From Mycobacteriales bacterium (lineage in GTDB: Bacteria > Actinomycetota > Actinomycetes > JAFAQI01), in assembly GCA_035550055.1 (NCBI GenBank), contig DASZRO010000120.1, forward strand, positions 2,890 through 66,889: a stretch of 64,000 nucleotides of DNA, read 5' to 3'. Below the pieces are notes generated by a model. That model ran no database searches and was not told the DNA's origin. It was given only the letters and a program-made list of their open reading frames with translations. Every line of letters begins with the position of its first letter. Within the stretch, counting starts at the first letter, position 1. The position numbers and the translations under genes are program-made. This document shows positions 8,173 to 16,834 of this stretch, piece after piece.

Positions 8173-9753
8173 GTGACACTCACCGACCTGCACGTCTACG
8201 ACACCACGCTTCGCGACGGGTCGCAGCGCGAGAGCCTGTCGCTGTCCGTGGACGACAAGCTCGCGGTGGCCGCGCACCTGGACGCGCTCGGCGTCGGCTA
8301 CATCGAGGGCGGCTGGCCCGGCGCCAACCCCAAGGACGAGGCGTTCTTCCGGCGCGCCGCGGCCGGCGAGCTCGTGCTGCGCAACGCGACGCTCGCGGCG
8401 TTCGGTGCCACCCGCAAGACGGGTCTGGTCGCGGCGGACGACCCGCAGGTCCGTGCGCTGGTCGACGCGCAGACGCCGGTCGTGACGCTCGTCGCGAAGT
8501 CCCACACCGGTCACGTCGAGCGGGCGCTTCGCACGACGCTCGCGGAGAACCTCGAGATGATCCGCGACACGGTCACCTTCCTGCGCGGTGAGGGCCGCCG
8601 GGTGTTTCTCGACGCCGAGCACTTCTTCGACGGCTACCACCTCGACCGCGACTACGCCCTCGAGGTGCTCGCGACGGCGGCGGAGTCCGGCGCGGAGGTC
8701 GTCGCGCTGTGCGACACCAACGGCGGCATGTTGCCGACCCGGCTCGCCGAGGTCGTGAACGAGGTGGTCGGCTGGCTCGGCCACCCGCAGACGCGCGTCG
8801 GGATTCACGCGCACGACGACACCTCATGTGCGGTGGCCAACTCGCTGGCCGCCGTACAAGCCGGTGCCACCCATGTGCAGGGAACCGCAAACGGGTACGG
8901 CGAGCGCGCGGGCAACGCCGACCTGTTCTCCATCGTCGCCGGCCTCGAGCTCAAGCTCGACCTGCCGGTCCTGCCCGAAGGGGCGATCACCGAGCTGGTC
9001 CGGGTCAGCCACGCAATCGCGGAGCTTGCCAACATCGCGCCTGATGACCACCAACCGTGGGTTGGCGCGAGTGCATTCGCTCACAAGGCGGGTCTGCACG
9101 CGTCGGCGCTCAAGGTTGACCCGGACCTCTACCAGCACATCGACCCGGCCGCCGTCGGCAACGACATGCGGATCCTCGTGTCCGAGCTGGCCGGTCGCGC
9201 GAGCGTCGAGCTCAAGGCCCGCGAGCTCGACATCGAGGTCGATCGCGAGGTGGTCGGCAGGGTGATCGAGCGGGTGAAGTCGATGGAGGCCGCGGGGTAC
9301 TCCTTCGAAGCGGCGGAGGCGTCCTTCGAGCTGATGCTGCGCGAAGAGGTCGACGGCGCCCGATCGCGTCCGTTCAAGCTTGAGTCGTATCGGGTGATCA
9401 GCGACGGGCGAGGCGAGGGCAACGAGTCCTCCGAGGCGACCGTGAAGCTGCACGTCGGCGAGGAGCGGGTCGTGGCGGTCGGCGAGGGCAACGGCCCGGT
9501 CAACGCCCTGGACATGGCGCTGCGCAAGGCGTTGGAGCGCTTCTACCCGCAGCTGGGCAAGCTCGAGCTGGTCGACTACAAGGTGCGGATCCTCGAAGGT
9601 GCGCACGGCACAGGCGCGGTCACCCGGGTGCTCGTGCGCACCTCGGACGGGGAGCGCTCCTGGGACACGGTCGGCGTCGACGAGAACGTGATCGCGGCGT
9701 CGTGGCAGGCCCTCGACGACGCGTACGCGTTCGGCCTGCTCGACAAGGGGTGA
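8173..9753 (+). CDS. cimA: Citramalate synthase / 2-isopropylmalate synthase family enzyme (LeuA-like, CimA type)
   Basis: 526 aa with HVYDTTLRDGSQ...GVGYIEGGWPGANPKD. It has a DRE-TIM barrel and a LeuA-dimer-type C-terminus. I cannot separate CimA from the short LeuA form without an HMM. Confidence 0.85.
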   Translation: MTLTDLHVYDTTLRDGSQRESLSLSVDDKLAVAAHLDALGVGYIEGGWPGANPKDEAFFRRAAAGELVLRNATLAAFGATRKTGLVAADDPQVRALVDAQTPVVTLVAKSHTGHVERALRTTLAENLEMIRDTVTFLRGEGRRVFLDAEHFFDGYHLDRDYALEVLATAAESGAEVVALCDTNGGMLPTRLAEVVNEVVGWLGHPQTRVGIHAHDDTSCAVANSLAAVQAGATHVQGTANGYGERAGNADLFSIVAGLELKLDLPVLPEGAITELVRVSHAIAELANIAPDDHQPWVGASAFAHKAGLHASALKVDPDLYQHIDPAAVGNDMRILVSELAGRASVELKARELDIEVDREVVGRVIERVKSMEAAGYSFEAAEASFELMLREEVDGARSRPFKLESYRVISDGRGEGNESSEATVKLHVGEERVVAVGEGNGPVNALDMALRKALERFYPQLGKLELVDYKVRILEGAHGTGAVTRVLVRTSDGERSWDTVGVDENVIAASWQALDDAYAFGLLDKG

Positions 9754-9769
9754 CGAGCGGCGTGCGGGC

Positions 9770-10396
9770 TCAGTACCGCACGGCGCCGAGTCGCGGACCG
9801 CGCTGCCAGGTCAGGCCGCCGTCACTCGACACGTAGCGCCGGGTCGGGAACGTTCCCGACCGATCCGGATCGCCGAGCGCCCGCACGGTCAGTTCGCCGT
9901 TGCTGACCGCGGCGCTCTGCACGCCGGCCGGGAAGTCGGATGCGAACCACTTGGCGCCGCGGTCGGTCGTCGTCTTCACGAAGTTGCCGCCCTGGCCCCA
10001 GGCCATCAGCGTGTGGTCGCCGAGTGCGGCCAGGCGGCTGGTGACGTCCGGCGCGTCGGCGGCTGGTCGGTAGAACATCGGGCCGTCGATGCGCCAGTGC
10101 GTGCCGGCGTCGGTCGACAGCGCGGGATAGACCGCGCCCGCGGTCGCCGGACCTTCGGCGAGGCCGGCTCGCACCTGCCCGCCGAGGCTGACCCGCTGCG
10201 AGACGGCGGTCGCGGCGATCGGACTGCCGCGGTGGAGACCGCCTCCCGCGTTGGCGAGCTTCACGTTGATGCGCGTTGCGTGGATCGTCGACGGGAACGC
10301 GTTCGAGCCGCTTGCCGCGGCGGGAATCGCGCCGAGCAGTGTGGTCAGGGCGGCGCAGGGAAGGAGCAGGTGGCGGGACGTCTTGCGTGTGGCCAT
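9770..10396 (-). CDS. Small secreted protein with three BNR/Asp-box repeats (S-x-D-x-G-x-T-W)
   Basis: 208 aa with a signal peptide (MATRKTSRHLLLPCAALTTLLGAIPAAASG). Asp-boxes are LSTDAGTHW, TTTDRGAKW and VSSDGGLTW. The AAGGAGG RBS lies 5-6 nt before the ATG at 10394-10396. Confidence 0.7.
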   Translation of the reverse strand: MATRKTSRHLLLPCAALTTLLGAIPAAASGSNAFPSTIHATRINVKLANAGGGLHRGSPIAATAVSQRVSLGGQVRAGLAEGPATAGAVYPALSTDAGTHWRIDGPMFYRPAADAPDVTSRLAALGDHTLMAWGQGGNFVKTTTDRGAKWFASDFPAGVQSAAVSNGELTVRALGDPDRSGTFPTRRYVSSDGGLTWQRGPRLGAVRY

Positions 10397-10479
10397 GGTG
10401 GCCTCCTTTGTCGCCCATGAGACGCGGTGATGATCATCTCGGTTTACCTGCTCCCGCGGCGCGCTCGTAGGGTGGGCGG

Positions 10480-11412
10480 GTGAGTGAGATGCGGTTTCGC
10501 CGGCTCGGCCGCTCCGGGTTGACCGTCTCGGTCGTCGGGATCGGCTGCAACAACTTCGGACGCCGAATCGACCTCGCTGCCACTCGCGAGGTGGTGCACG
10601 CCGCTCTCGATGCGGGTGTCACGTTGTTCGACACGGCAGACATCTACGGCGAGTCCGAGGACTTCCTGGGGGAGGTGCTCGGCGCCGCGCGGGCCGACAT
10701 CGTGCTGGCCACGAAGTTCGGCATGGACATGGGTGGGAAGCTCGGCCCCGACTGGGGGGCGCGCGGCTCACGGCGCTACATCCGCAAGGCCGTCGAGTCC
10801 TCGCTGCGGCGGCTGCGTACCGACTGGATCGACCTGTATCAGATGCACGCTCCCGATCCGGCGACGCCGATCGCGGAGACGTTGGCGGCGCTCGACGAGC
10901 TGGTCGACGAGGGCAAGGTGCGCTACATCGGGTGCTCCAACTTCAGCGGCTGGCAGCTGGTCGAGGCCGAGTGGACGGCGCGGACCGCGGGCCTGGAACG
11001 CTTCGTCAGCGCGCAGAACCACTACAGCCTGATCGAGCGCGGCGTCGAGGCGGAGCTGGTTCCGGCCTGCCGCCAGTACGGGGTCGGGGTGCTGCCGTTC
11101 TACCCGCTGGCCAACGGCCTGTTGTCCGGCAAGTACCGCCGCGGCGAGCAGGCGCCGGAGGGTACGCGGCTGGCCAGCCGAGCGGACTGGCTGACCGAAG
11201 CCCGCTTCGACCAGGTCGAGGCGCTGTCGGCGTACGCCGACGAGCGCGGCATCTCGTTGCTCGACGTGGCGATCGGCGGCCTCGCAGCGCAGCCGACGGT
11301 GGCCTCCGTCATCGCGGGAGCGACCAAGCCGGAGCAGATCAGGGCCAACGTTGCGGCCGGGCAGTGGGTGCCGAGCGCCGACGATCTGACCGCGCTCAAT
11401 AAACTGCACTGA
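10480..11412 (+). CDS. Aldo/keto reductase family oxidoreductase
   Basis: 310 aa. It shows the typical AKR pattern: GxGCNNFG, DTADIYG, LATKFG..., IDLYQMHAPD, VRYIGCSNFS. Confidence 0.9.
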   Translation: MSEMRFRRLGRSGLTVSVVGIGCNNFGRRIDLAATREVVHAALDAGVTLFDTADIYGESEDFLGEVLGAARADIVLATKFGMDMGGKLGPDWGARGSRRYIRKAVESSLRRLRTDWIDLYQMHAPDPATPIAETLAALDELVDEGKVRYIGCSNFSGWQLVEAEWTARTAGLERFVSAQNHYSLIERGVEAELVPACRQYGVGVLPFYPLANGLLSGKYRRGEQAPEGTRLASRADWLTEARFDQVEALSAYADERGISLLDVAIGGLAAQPTVASVIAGATKPEQIRANVAAGQWVPSADDLTALNKLH

Positions 11413-12171
11413 GTGCAGATCGCCCGGTTCTCCCACGACGGTGCCGTCTCGTTCGGCGTGATCGAAGGCGACACGGTCGCGCAGATCAGCGCCCATCCCT
11501 TCGGCGCGATCGAGTTCACCGGCGGCCGCGCGCCGCTGTCGGCGGTGAAGCTGCTGGCGCCGGTGCTGCCGAGCAAGGTCGTCGCCATCGGCAAGAACTA
11601 CGCCTCGCACGCCGCTGAGATGGGCGGCGAGGTCCCCGAGCAGCCGTTGATCTTCCTCAAGCCGTCGACCTCCGTGATCGCCGGCGGGGACGAGATCGCC
11701 TCCCCACCGTCGTCGGAGCGCGTCGACTACGAAGGCGAGCTCGCAGTCGTGGTGGGGCGGCTGTGTCGTGACGTGCCGGTCGAACGGGCGATGGACGTCG
11801 TGCTCGGCTACACCTGCGCCAACGACGTGACCGCTCGTGACCACCAGAAGACAGACGGACAGTGGTCGCGGGCCAAGGGCTACGACACGTTCTGCCCGCT
11901 CGGTCCCTGGATCGAGACCGACCTCGACCCCGCGGACCTTCGGATCACCACCCGGCTCAACGGTGAGGTCAAGCAAGACGCGCGCACCTCGATGATCGTG
12001 CACAAGATCCCGCAGCTGATCGCCTACATCACCGCATGCATGACCTTGCTGCCGGGCGACGTGATCCTGACCGGCACGCCGGACGGGATCGGCCCGATGC
12101 AGATCGGCGACAGCGTCGAGGTGGAGATCGAGTCGATCGGCGCGCTCACCAACCGCGTGGTCGCTCGGTGA
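11413..12171 (+). CDS. Fumarylacetoacetate hydrolase (FAH) family protein
   Basis: 252 aa with the FAH-fold motifs KVVAIGKNYASHAAEMG...YEGELAVVVG...GDVILTGTPDGIG. GTG start overlaps the stop of the AKR gene (TGAGTG). Confidence 0.88.
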   Translation: MQIARFSHDGAVSFGVIEGDTVAQISAHPFGAIEFTGGRAPLSAVKLLAPVLPSKVVAIGKNYASHAAEMGGEVPEQPLIFLKPSTSVIAGGDEIASPPSSERVDYEGELAVVVGRLCRDVPVERAMDVVLGYTCANDVTARDHQKTDGQWSRAKGYDTFCPLGPWIETDLDPADLRITTRLNGEVKQDARTSMIVHKIPQLIAYITACMTLLPGDVILTGTPDGIGPMQIGDSVEVEIESIGALTNRVVAR

Positions 12172-13604
12172 GCGTCCGGCTCCGGGTTGCGCCCTCACCG
12201 ACCGGTGACCCGCACGTCGGTACGGCGTACATGTCGCTGTTCAACCTGGCGTTCGCCCGGCAGCAGGGCGGGGCGTTCATCCTGCGGATCGAGGACACCG
12301 ACCGGGCGCGGTTCGACGCGACCAGCGAGCAGCAGGTGTACGACACGTTGCACTGGCTGGGGCTCGGTTGGGACGAGGGTCCTGACATCGGGGGGCCGTT
12401 CGCGCCGTACCGCCAGTCCGAGCGGCTGGCTTCCTACCAGCCGGTGGTCGAGACCTTGCTCGCCAGCGGTCACGCCTATCACTGCTGGTGCTCGTCGCAA
12501 CGGCTGGCCGAAATGCGGGAGGCACAGCAGAAGGCGAAGCAGCCCACGGGCTACGACCGGCTGTGTCTCGGGAAGACCCGTGACGAGCGGGCCGCGCTGC
12601 CCGGGTTCTCCGAGACGCCGGTCATACGGATGCTCGTTCCCGACGACGTGCCGCTGACCTTCACCGACCTGATCCGCGGTGAGGTGACTGCTCCGCGCCC
12701 GGACGACCAGGTCTTGATGAAGACCGACGGGTTTCCCACCTACCACCTCGCCAACGTCGTTGACGACCACGAGATGGGCATCACCCATGTCGTACGCGGC
12801 GAGGAGTGGATCGCCTCGACCCCCAAGCACGTCCTTCTCTACCAGTGGCTCGGCTGGGAGCAGCCTCGCTTCGCCCACATGCCGTTGCTGCGCAACACCG
12901 ACAAGTCGAAGATCTCCAAGCGCAAGAACCCGGCTGCGCGGCTCACCTGGTTCGTCGAGCAGGGCTTCCTGCCGGAAGCGCTGCGCAACTTCCTGGCGCT
13001 GATGGGCTACTCGCTCGGCGAGGACCGCGAGATCTTCACCTTCGAAGAGATGGTCGCGACCTTCGACTGGGGGCGGGTGAACCCGGTCGGTCCGGTGTTC
13101 GACGTCGACAAGCTGCGATGGCTGTCCGGTCACTACATGCGGGAGCTGTCCGCCGAGGACGCTGCTGCCCGCCTGGTGTCATTCATGGGTATCGACGGCG
13201 ATGCGGCCGCCATCGTGACCAAGGCGACGCCGCTGGTGCAGGAGCGGGTCTCGACGTTGTTGGAGGCGGCCGAGATGGTCGGCTTCCTGCTCGACGAACG
13301 CTTCGTCGTCGATCCGGATGCGGCGGCCAAGCAGCTGGGGCCGGAGTCCAAGCCGGCGCTCGAGGCCGCCCACTCCGCGCTCGAGGCGGTCTCGTCGTTC
13401 ACCACCGCGGAGATCGAGACCGCGCTACGTGGCGCGCTCGTCGACGGGCTCGGTCTGAAGCCCAAGAACGCCTTTGGTCCGGTGCGTGTCGCCGTCACCG
13501 GCAAGACGGTCTCGCCGCCGCTGTTCGAGTCGATCGAGCTGATCGGCAAGGACCGGACCTTGGTGCGTCTCGACGCGGCGTTGAACCAGGTGCGCCTGGG
13601 CTAG
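12168..13604 (+). CDS. gltX: Glutamyl-tRNA synthetase
   Basis: It has the class I HVGT motif (PSPTGDPHVGTAY) and KISKRK (KMSKS-like). GTG at 12168 overlaps the FAH stop (GTGA). It is followed by tRNA-Gln and tRNA-Glu. Confidence 0.93.
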   Translation: MSVRLRVAPSPTGDPHVGTAYMSLFNLAFARQQGGAFILRIEDTDRARFDATSEQQVYDTLHWLGLGWDEGPDIGGPFAPYRQSERLASYQPVVETLLASGHAYHCWCSSQRLAEMREAQQKAKQPTGYDRLCLGKTRDERAALPGFSETPVIRMLVPDDVPLTFTDLIRGEVTAPRPDDQVLMKTDGFPTYHLANVVDDHEMGITHVVRGEEWIASTPKHVLLYQWLGWEQPRFAHMPLLRNTDKSKISKRKNPAARLTWFVEQGFLPEALRNFLALMGYSLGEDREIFTFEEMVATFDWGRVNPVGPVFDVDKLRWLSGHYMRELSAEDAAARLVSFMGIDGDAAAIVTKATPLVQERVSTLLEAAEMVGFLLDERFVVDPDAAAKQLGPESKPALEAAHSALEAVSSFTTAEIETALRGALVDGLGLKPKNAFGPVRVAVTGKTVSPPLFESIELIGKDRTLVRLDAALNQVRLG

Positions 13605-13634
13605 AGTGGTCGGCGGCCCGCGAGAGCGGGCCCT

Positions 13635-13706
13635 TGGGGTATGGGGTAATTGGCAGCCCGGCTGATTCTGGTTCAGCTAGTCTAGGTTCGAGTCCTGGTA
13701 CCCCAG
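13635..13706 (+). tRNA. tRNA-Gln (anticodon CTG)
   Basis: Hand-folded cloverleaf. Acceptor TGGGGTA/TACCCCA, anticodon stem GCTGA/TCAGC, loop TTCTGGT, T-loop TTCGAGT, discriminator G. No encoded CCA. Confidence 0.88.
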
Positions 13707-13740
13707 CGATGTACCGGACTGAGCGACAATCGGTCCGCTC

Positions 13741-13813
13741 GCCCTCGTCGTCTAGTGGCCTAGGACGCCGCCCTCTCAAGGCGGTAACGGCGGTTCGAAC
13801 CCGCTCGAGGGTA
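13741..13813 (+). tRNA. tRNA-Glu (anticodon CTC)
   Basis: Acceptor GCCCTCG/CGAGGGT (G1-U72), D-arm GTCTAGTGGCCTAGGA, anticodon stem CCGCC/GGCGG, loop CTCTCAA, T-loop TTCGAAC, discriminator A. Confidence 0.88.
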
Positions 13814-13856
13814 CGTTTACCAAGTTGAGAGGCCCGGCCTTCCGGTCGGGCCCCCA

Positions 13857-14408
13857 TCATTTTGAAAGTAGATCTGGGGCGTACCGGCGAAGCAGCTCGA
13901 CCGCGAACGCGATCTTGTCTGCAACCCGCTGTCCACGGGGTTGCCACCGGCTCCACAGCTCGAGATTCTCCGGACGATTGTCGAGGCGGTCGCCCGAGCG
14001 GTGGTGGACGCTCTCGTCAGGCCACAGTGGCCTATTGAGAAGTTGGGCCATCACGAACCGATGTTCGAGGGCTTGGCTGTCGCCACCAGTCAGATAGCGC
14101 ATCTCGGGGGGAACATTGACGACGTAGTACCCATGGCTGATGTGGCGGTCGCCGGCGGGCGGGCGGATGGGCTGCTCCGCGCGCACGTCGCCGCCCGCCA
14201 TCTGGCGACGGTAGTGCGGAGCGCACAGTCCGCGGGCGTAGATCGTTCGCTCACAGGTGCCGATCTTGCAGGTGCCTTGTGTCTTCCGCCCCAGCGGACG
14301 CTCGGCTTGAACATGTCCGAGCCGTTTCCACCGCTGGTAGTGGCCGTGGCACCAGCCGCGTTCTTTCGCGTCACGTTCGCAGCCATCGACGGAGCACTTC
14401 TTGATCAT
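13857..14408 (-). CDS. HNH endonuclease with two N-terminal zinc-ribbon repeats (C-x2-C...C-x-H-x-H-Y-x-R)
   Basis: 183 aa. It has CSVDGCERDAKERGWCHGHYQRWKR and CKIGTCERTIYARGLCAPHYRRQ repeats. The HNH core is HISHGYY...EHRFVMAQ...HHRSGDRLDNRPENLELW. It lies 43 nt from the tRNA-Glu 3' end. Confidence 0.85.
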   Translation of the reverse strand: MIKKCSVDGCERDAKERGWCHGHYQRWKRLGHVQAERPLGRKTQGTCKIGTCERTIYARGLCAPHYRRQMAGGDVRAEQPIRPPAGDRHISHGYYVVNVPPEMRYLTGGDSQALEHRFVMAQLLNRPLWPDESVHHRSGDRLDNRPENLELWSRWQPRGQRVADKIAFAVELLRRYAPDLLSK

Positions 14409-14563
14409 CTCTCGATCGTCCCCACCGGCCCTGACAGGACTTGCCTTACTGGCGTCGAGCCTGTGGACGGGTGGACGCCTAGGTGAAGTGGTGACGAGTC
14501 ATGTGGGTGCGCCCGCCTTGCGGCGTTCACCCGCATTGCCGGCTCGCGCAATCGGCCGTTGCG

Positions 14564-14621
14564 CGAGACGGAACGCTACTCAGCCGCCGACCGACTCGCT
14601 GAGCTCTCGGGCGGCGTCGAC
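14564..14621. repeat. Left copy of a 58-bp direct repeat (56/58 identical to 16093-16150). It lies within a cluster of degenerate TTGCGGCGTTCAC-containing repeats (14515-14668).
   Basis: cgagacggaacGctactcagccgccgaccgactcgctgagctctcgggcggcgTcgac at 14564-14621, against cgagacggaacCctactcagccgccgaccgactcgctgagctctcgggcggcgGcgac at 16093-16150. Confidence 0.85.
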
Positions 14622-16093
14622 TTGCGGCGTTCACGTGCGTTCCCGATTCGCACGATCGCTCGGTTGACCTTCGGCAACCGCCGGGCCGCCTGCAGCGTGA
14701 ACCGATCGAGGATCGTCGCTTCAGTTCGTTGAATCGGCACCGTTCCGTCCTGGTCGGCTGCGACGTCCAACCGGAACAGCTCCCACGCTCCCGGGACCCC
14801 CTTGAGCGCGTGGCTGCCGCAGGGGGAGAAGCGCAGGCCCGACCCCGCCACGAGATCCCGGACGGTCTGCGTCACCAGGATCTCGCCGGCTCCTGCCTTG
14901 CTGGACACCCTCGCGCCGATGTGGACCGTCATGCCGTGGAAGTCGATACCGCTGCGCTCGATCTCCCCCGCGTGGGACCCCGCGCGCACGTCCAACCCAA
15001 GCTCGCTGGCGGAGTCTCGAATCCTGCATGCGGCTCGCAGTGCCTGGACCGGGCCATCGAAGACGCTGAAGGTTCCATCTCCGATGACGTTGACCAGCTC
15101 GCCGCACTCAGCCTCGACGTGCAGCCGGACGAGTCGCTCGTGCGCCGCGCGAAGCTCGCCGTACCTTTTGTCTCCCAGCTCAGCGAGCAGGTCCGTCGAG
15201 GACACGACATCTGTGAACAACACGGTGCGGAGCAGCCGGTTTGCATCAGTCGGCATGACCGATCCGGTTGTCGCCTCCATGATCTCGTCGATCATCGGGG
15301 CGTAGGACTCGCCGAATGAAGCGCCGGGCAGCGTCGGCGCCATGACGTGGAGTGTCGCGTTGGGGATGAGGTCGACGAAGTGTCGGGTCACGGCGATCGG
15401 GATCGGGCTTGACGGTTTGCGTAGCACGCGAGTGGGGACCTGCACCGCGCGGCAGATCTCGGTGAGGTCCGTGTGCATCAGCCAGTCCCAATACGCCATG
15501 GCCTTGGCCGGGCTCGCTGAGCACCTCTCGTTGAGGGCGAACAGCCGTCGGTTGTATGGCGTCGCCAGCACGTAGTCCCACATGTCGACGGTCGCCCCGG
15601 TTCCCCAGCGATCGAAAGCCTCTCGATACCCCAACTCGAACGCCGCCATTTCGTCGGCGGTCCACCCGACAGGCCGCGCTGCGCTCGCGAGACCTTGCGC
15701 GAATGGGTTGATGAGGACGAGTTCCTTGACGCGGGATGGCTCGCGTGCGGCCACCATTGCGGCCGCGCCGCACAGCCCGAACATCGAGGCGATCACGACG
15801 CGTTCCATCCCCACCGCGTCCATCACGGCCAGCAGGTCCGACGCCTGCTGCTCGAGTGTCGGGATGTATGCCGTCGTTTCGGACAGTCCGATCCCTCGCA
15901 TCTGAAGCATCGCGAGCCTGATGTACGGCGCTGCGCCCTCGAGCGCCTCGTGCAGATGCGGATCGGACCAGATCAGGTCGAGGTGGCTGTTCACCTCCAT
16001 GAACAGCAGAACGTCGGCTGGGCCATCGCCGATCACCTGGAAGGCGAGCGACGTCCCGTCTCGATCGAGGTAGCTCGTCTCCGGGGAGACCAC
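14576..16093 (-). CDS. Alpha/beta-hydrolase fused to a class III adenylate/guanylate cyclase (CHD) domain (LipJ/Rv1900c-like)
   Basis: 505 aa. The N-terminal alpha/beta hydrolase shows LLFMEVNSHLD...RVVIASMFG. The C-terminal CHD shows LRTVLFTDVVSSTDL...VIGDGTFSVFD...GSHAGEIER...GMTVHIGARV. GTG start at 16091-16093. The last 14 codons lie inside the left direct repeat. Confidence 0.88.
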   Translation of the reverse strand: MVSPETSYLDRDGTSLAFQVIGDGPADVLLFMEVNSHLDLIWSDPHLHEALEGAAPYIRLAMLQMRGIGLSETTAYIPTLEQQASDLLAVMDAVGMERVVIASMFGLCGAAAMVAAREPSRVKELVLINPFAQGLASAARPVGWTADEMAAFELGYREAFDRWGTGATVDMWDYVLATPYNRRLFALNERCSASPAKAMAYWDWLMHTDLTEICRAVQVPTRVLRKPSSPIPIAVTRHFVDLIPNATLHVMAPTLPGASFGESYAPMIDEIMEATTGSVMPTDANRLLRTVLFTDVVSSTDLLAELGDKRYGELRAAHERLVRLHVEAECGELVNVIGDGTFSVFDGPVQALRAACRIRDSASELGLDVRAGSHAGEIERSGIDFHGMTVHIGARVSSKAGAGEILVTQTVRDLVAGSGLRFSPCGSHALKGVPGAWELFRLDVAADQDGTVPIQRTEATILDRFTLQAARRLPKVNRAIVRIGNARERRKSTPPESSASRSAAE

Positions 16094-16150
16094 GAGACGG
16101 AACCCTACTCAGCCGCCGACCGACTCGCTGAGCTCTCGGGCGGCGGCGAC
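16093..16150. repeat. Right copy of the 58-bp direct repeat. It comprises the last 13 codons plus the stop of the IclR regulator gene and 16 nt downstream, and it abuts the cyclase start codon.
   Basis: See the left copy. Weaker similarity (about 60%) continues to about 16205 versus 14622-14668. Confidence 0.85.
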
Positions 16151-16816
16151 GACCGCTGCGGCGTGGAGCCTTCCCGGCGTTCGGGTCAGCCGGTCGATCG
16201 GTCCTGACACCGAGACGGCCGCGACGACTCTGCCGTCGCCGTCGAAAACGGGTGCGGACACCGAGGCCACGCCCGCCTCGCGTTCACCGACGCTTGCCGC
16301 CCAGCCTCGCCGGCGCACCGCGGCGAGCGTGGCGGGGGAGAACCGGGCGCCTTCTGGCGGAGCCTCACCCGCGGTCGACCACGCCAGCAGAACCTGGGCC
16401 GCCGAGCCCGCGGACATCGGGAGATCCGCCCCCACCGGAACGGTGTCGCGCAACCCGCTGGACCGTTCGGCCGCCGCGACACAACGGCGTACGTCGCCGA
16501 CCCGCCGATACAGCTGCGCACTTTCCTGTGTTCGCGCGGAAAGCCGTTCCAGTACGTCGCCGGCAGCGCGCAGCAACGGATCAGGCCGGCCGTTCGCGGC
16601 GAGGTCGAGCAGCGCCGGCCCCAGCGTGAAGCGCCCATCGGCATCGCGCTCGACGAGCCCGTGCACCTCGAGGGCGACCGCGAGGCGGTACGTGGTGGCC
16701 CGCGACAGTCCGGCCCGCTCGACCAGCTCGGCCAAAGAGGCCGGCCCGGGCCGCAGACACTCGAGGACGTGAACCGACTTGTCGAGCACCCCTACGCCGC
16801 TGCTACGCTGTGCCAT
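16109..16816 (-). CDS. ndgR: IclR-family transcriptional regulator, divergent from leuCD (NdgR/LtbR/AreB ortholog by synteny)
   Basis: 235 aa with an HTH (GPASLAELVERAGLSRATTYRLAVALE) and an IclR effector domain. ATG at 16814-16816. The track ORF 16109..18211 is a spurious 5' extension antisense to leuC. Confidence 0.88.
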   Translation of the reverse strand: MAQRSSGVGVLDKSVHVLECLRPGPASLAELVERAGLSRATTYRLAVALEVHGLVERDADGRFTLGPALLDLAANGRPDPLLRAAGDVLERLSARTQESAQLYRRVGDVRRCVAAAERSSGLRDTVPVGADLPMSAGSAAQVLLAWSTAGEAPPEGARFSPATLAAVRRRGWAASVGEREAGVASVSAPVFDGDGRVVAAVSVSGPIDRLTRTPGRLHAAAVVAAARELSESVGG

Positions 16817-16834
16817 ATAGCAATACTGCTGTAT
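16815..16834. promoter_or_regulatory. AT-rich pseudo-palindrome ATATAGCAATACTGCTGTAT (AGCA-n4-TGCT core) in the 48-bp ndgR-leuC divergent region. It is a probable IclR operator.
   Basis: Read directly. 16/20 positions are self-complementary. It is the only AT-rich tract in this region. Confidence 0.35.

Noticed and set aside
13857-16093. HNH nuclease plus nucleotide cyclase as a Pycsar/CBASS-like anti-phage signalling pair
   Set aside because: The HNH protein has no cyclic-nucleotide-binding (CAP/SAVED) domain. The cyclase is the housekeeping-type LipJ architecture (alpha/beta-hydrolase fusion) common in mycobacterial cAMP signalling. The pair is convergent/tail-to-tail across a repeat, not an operon.
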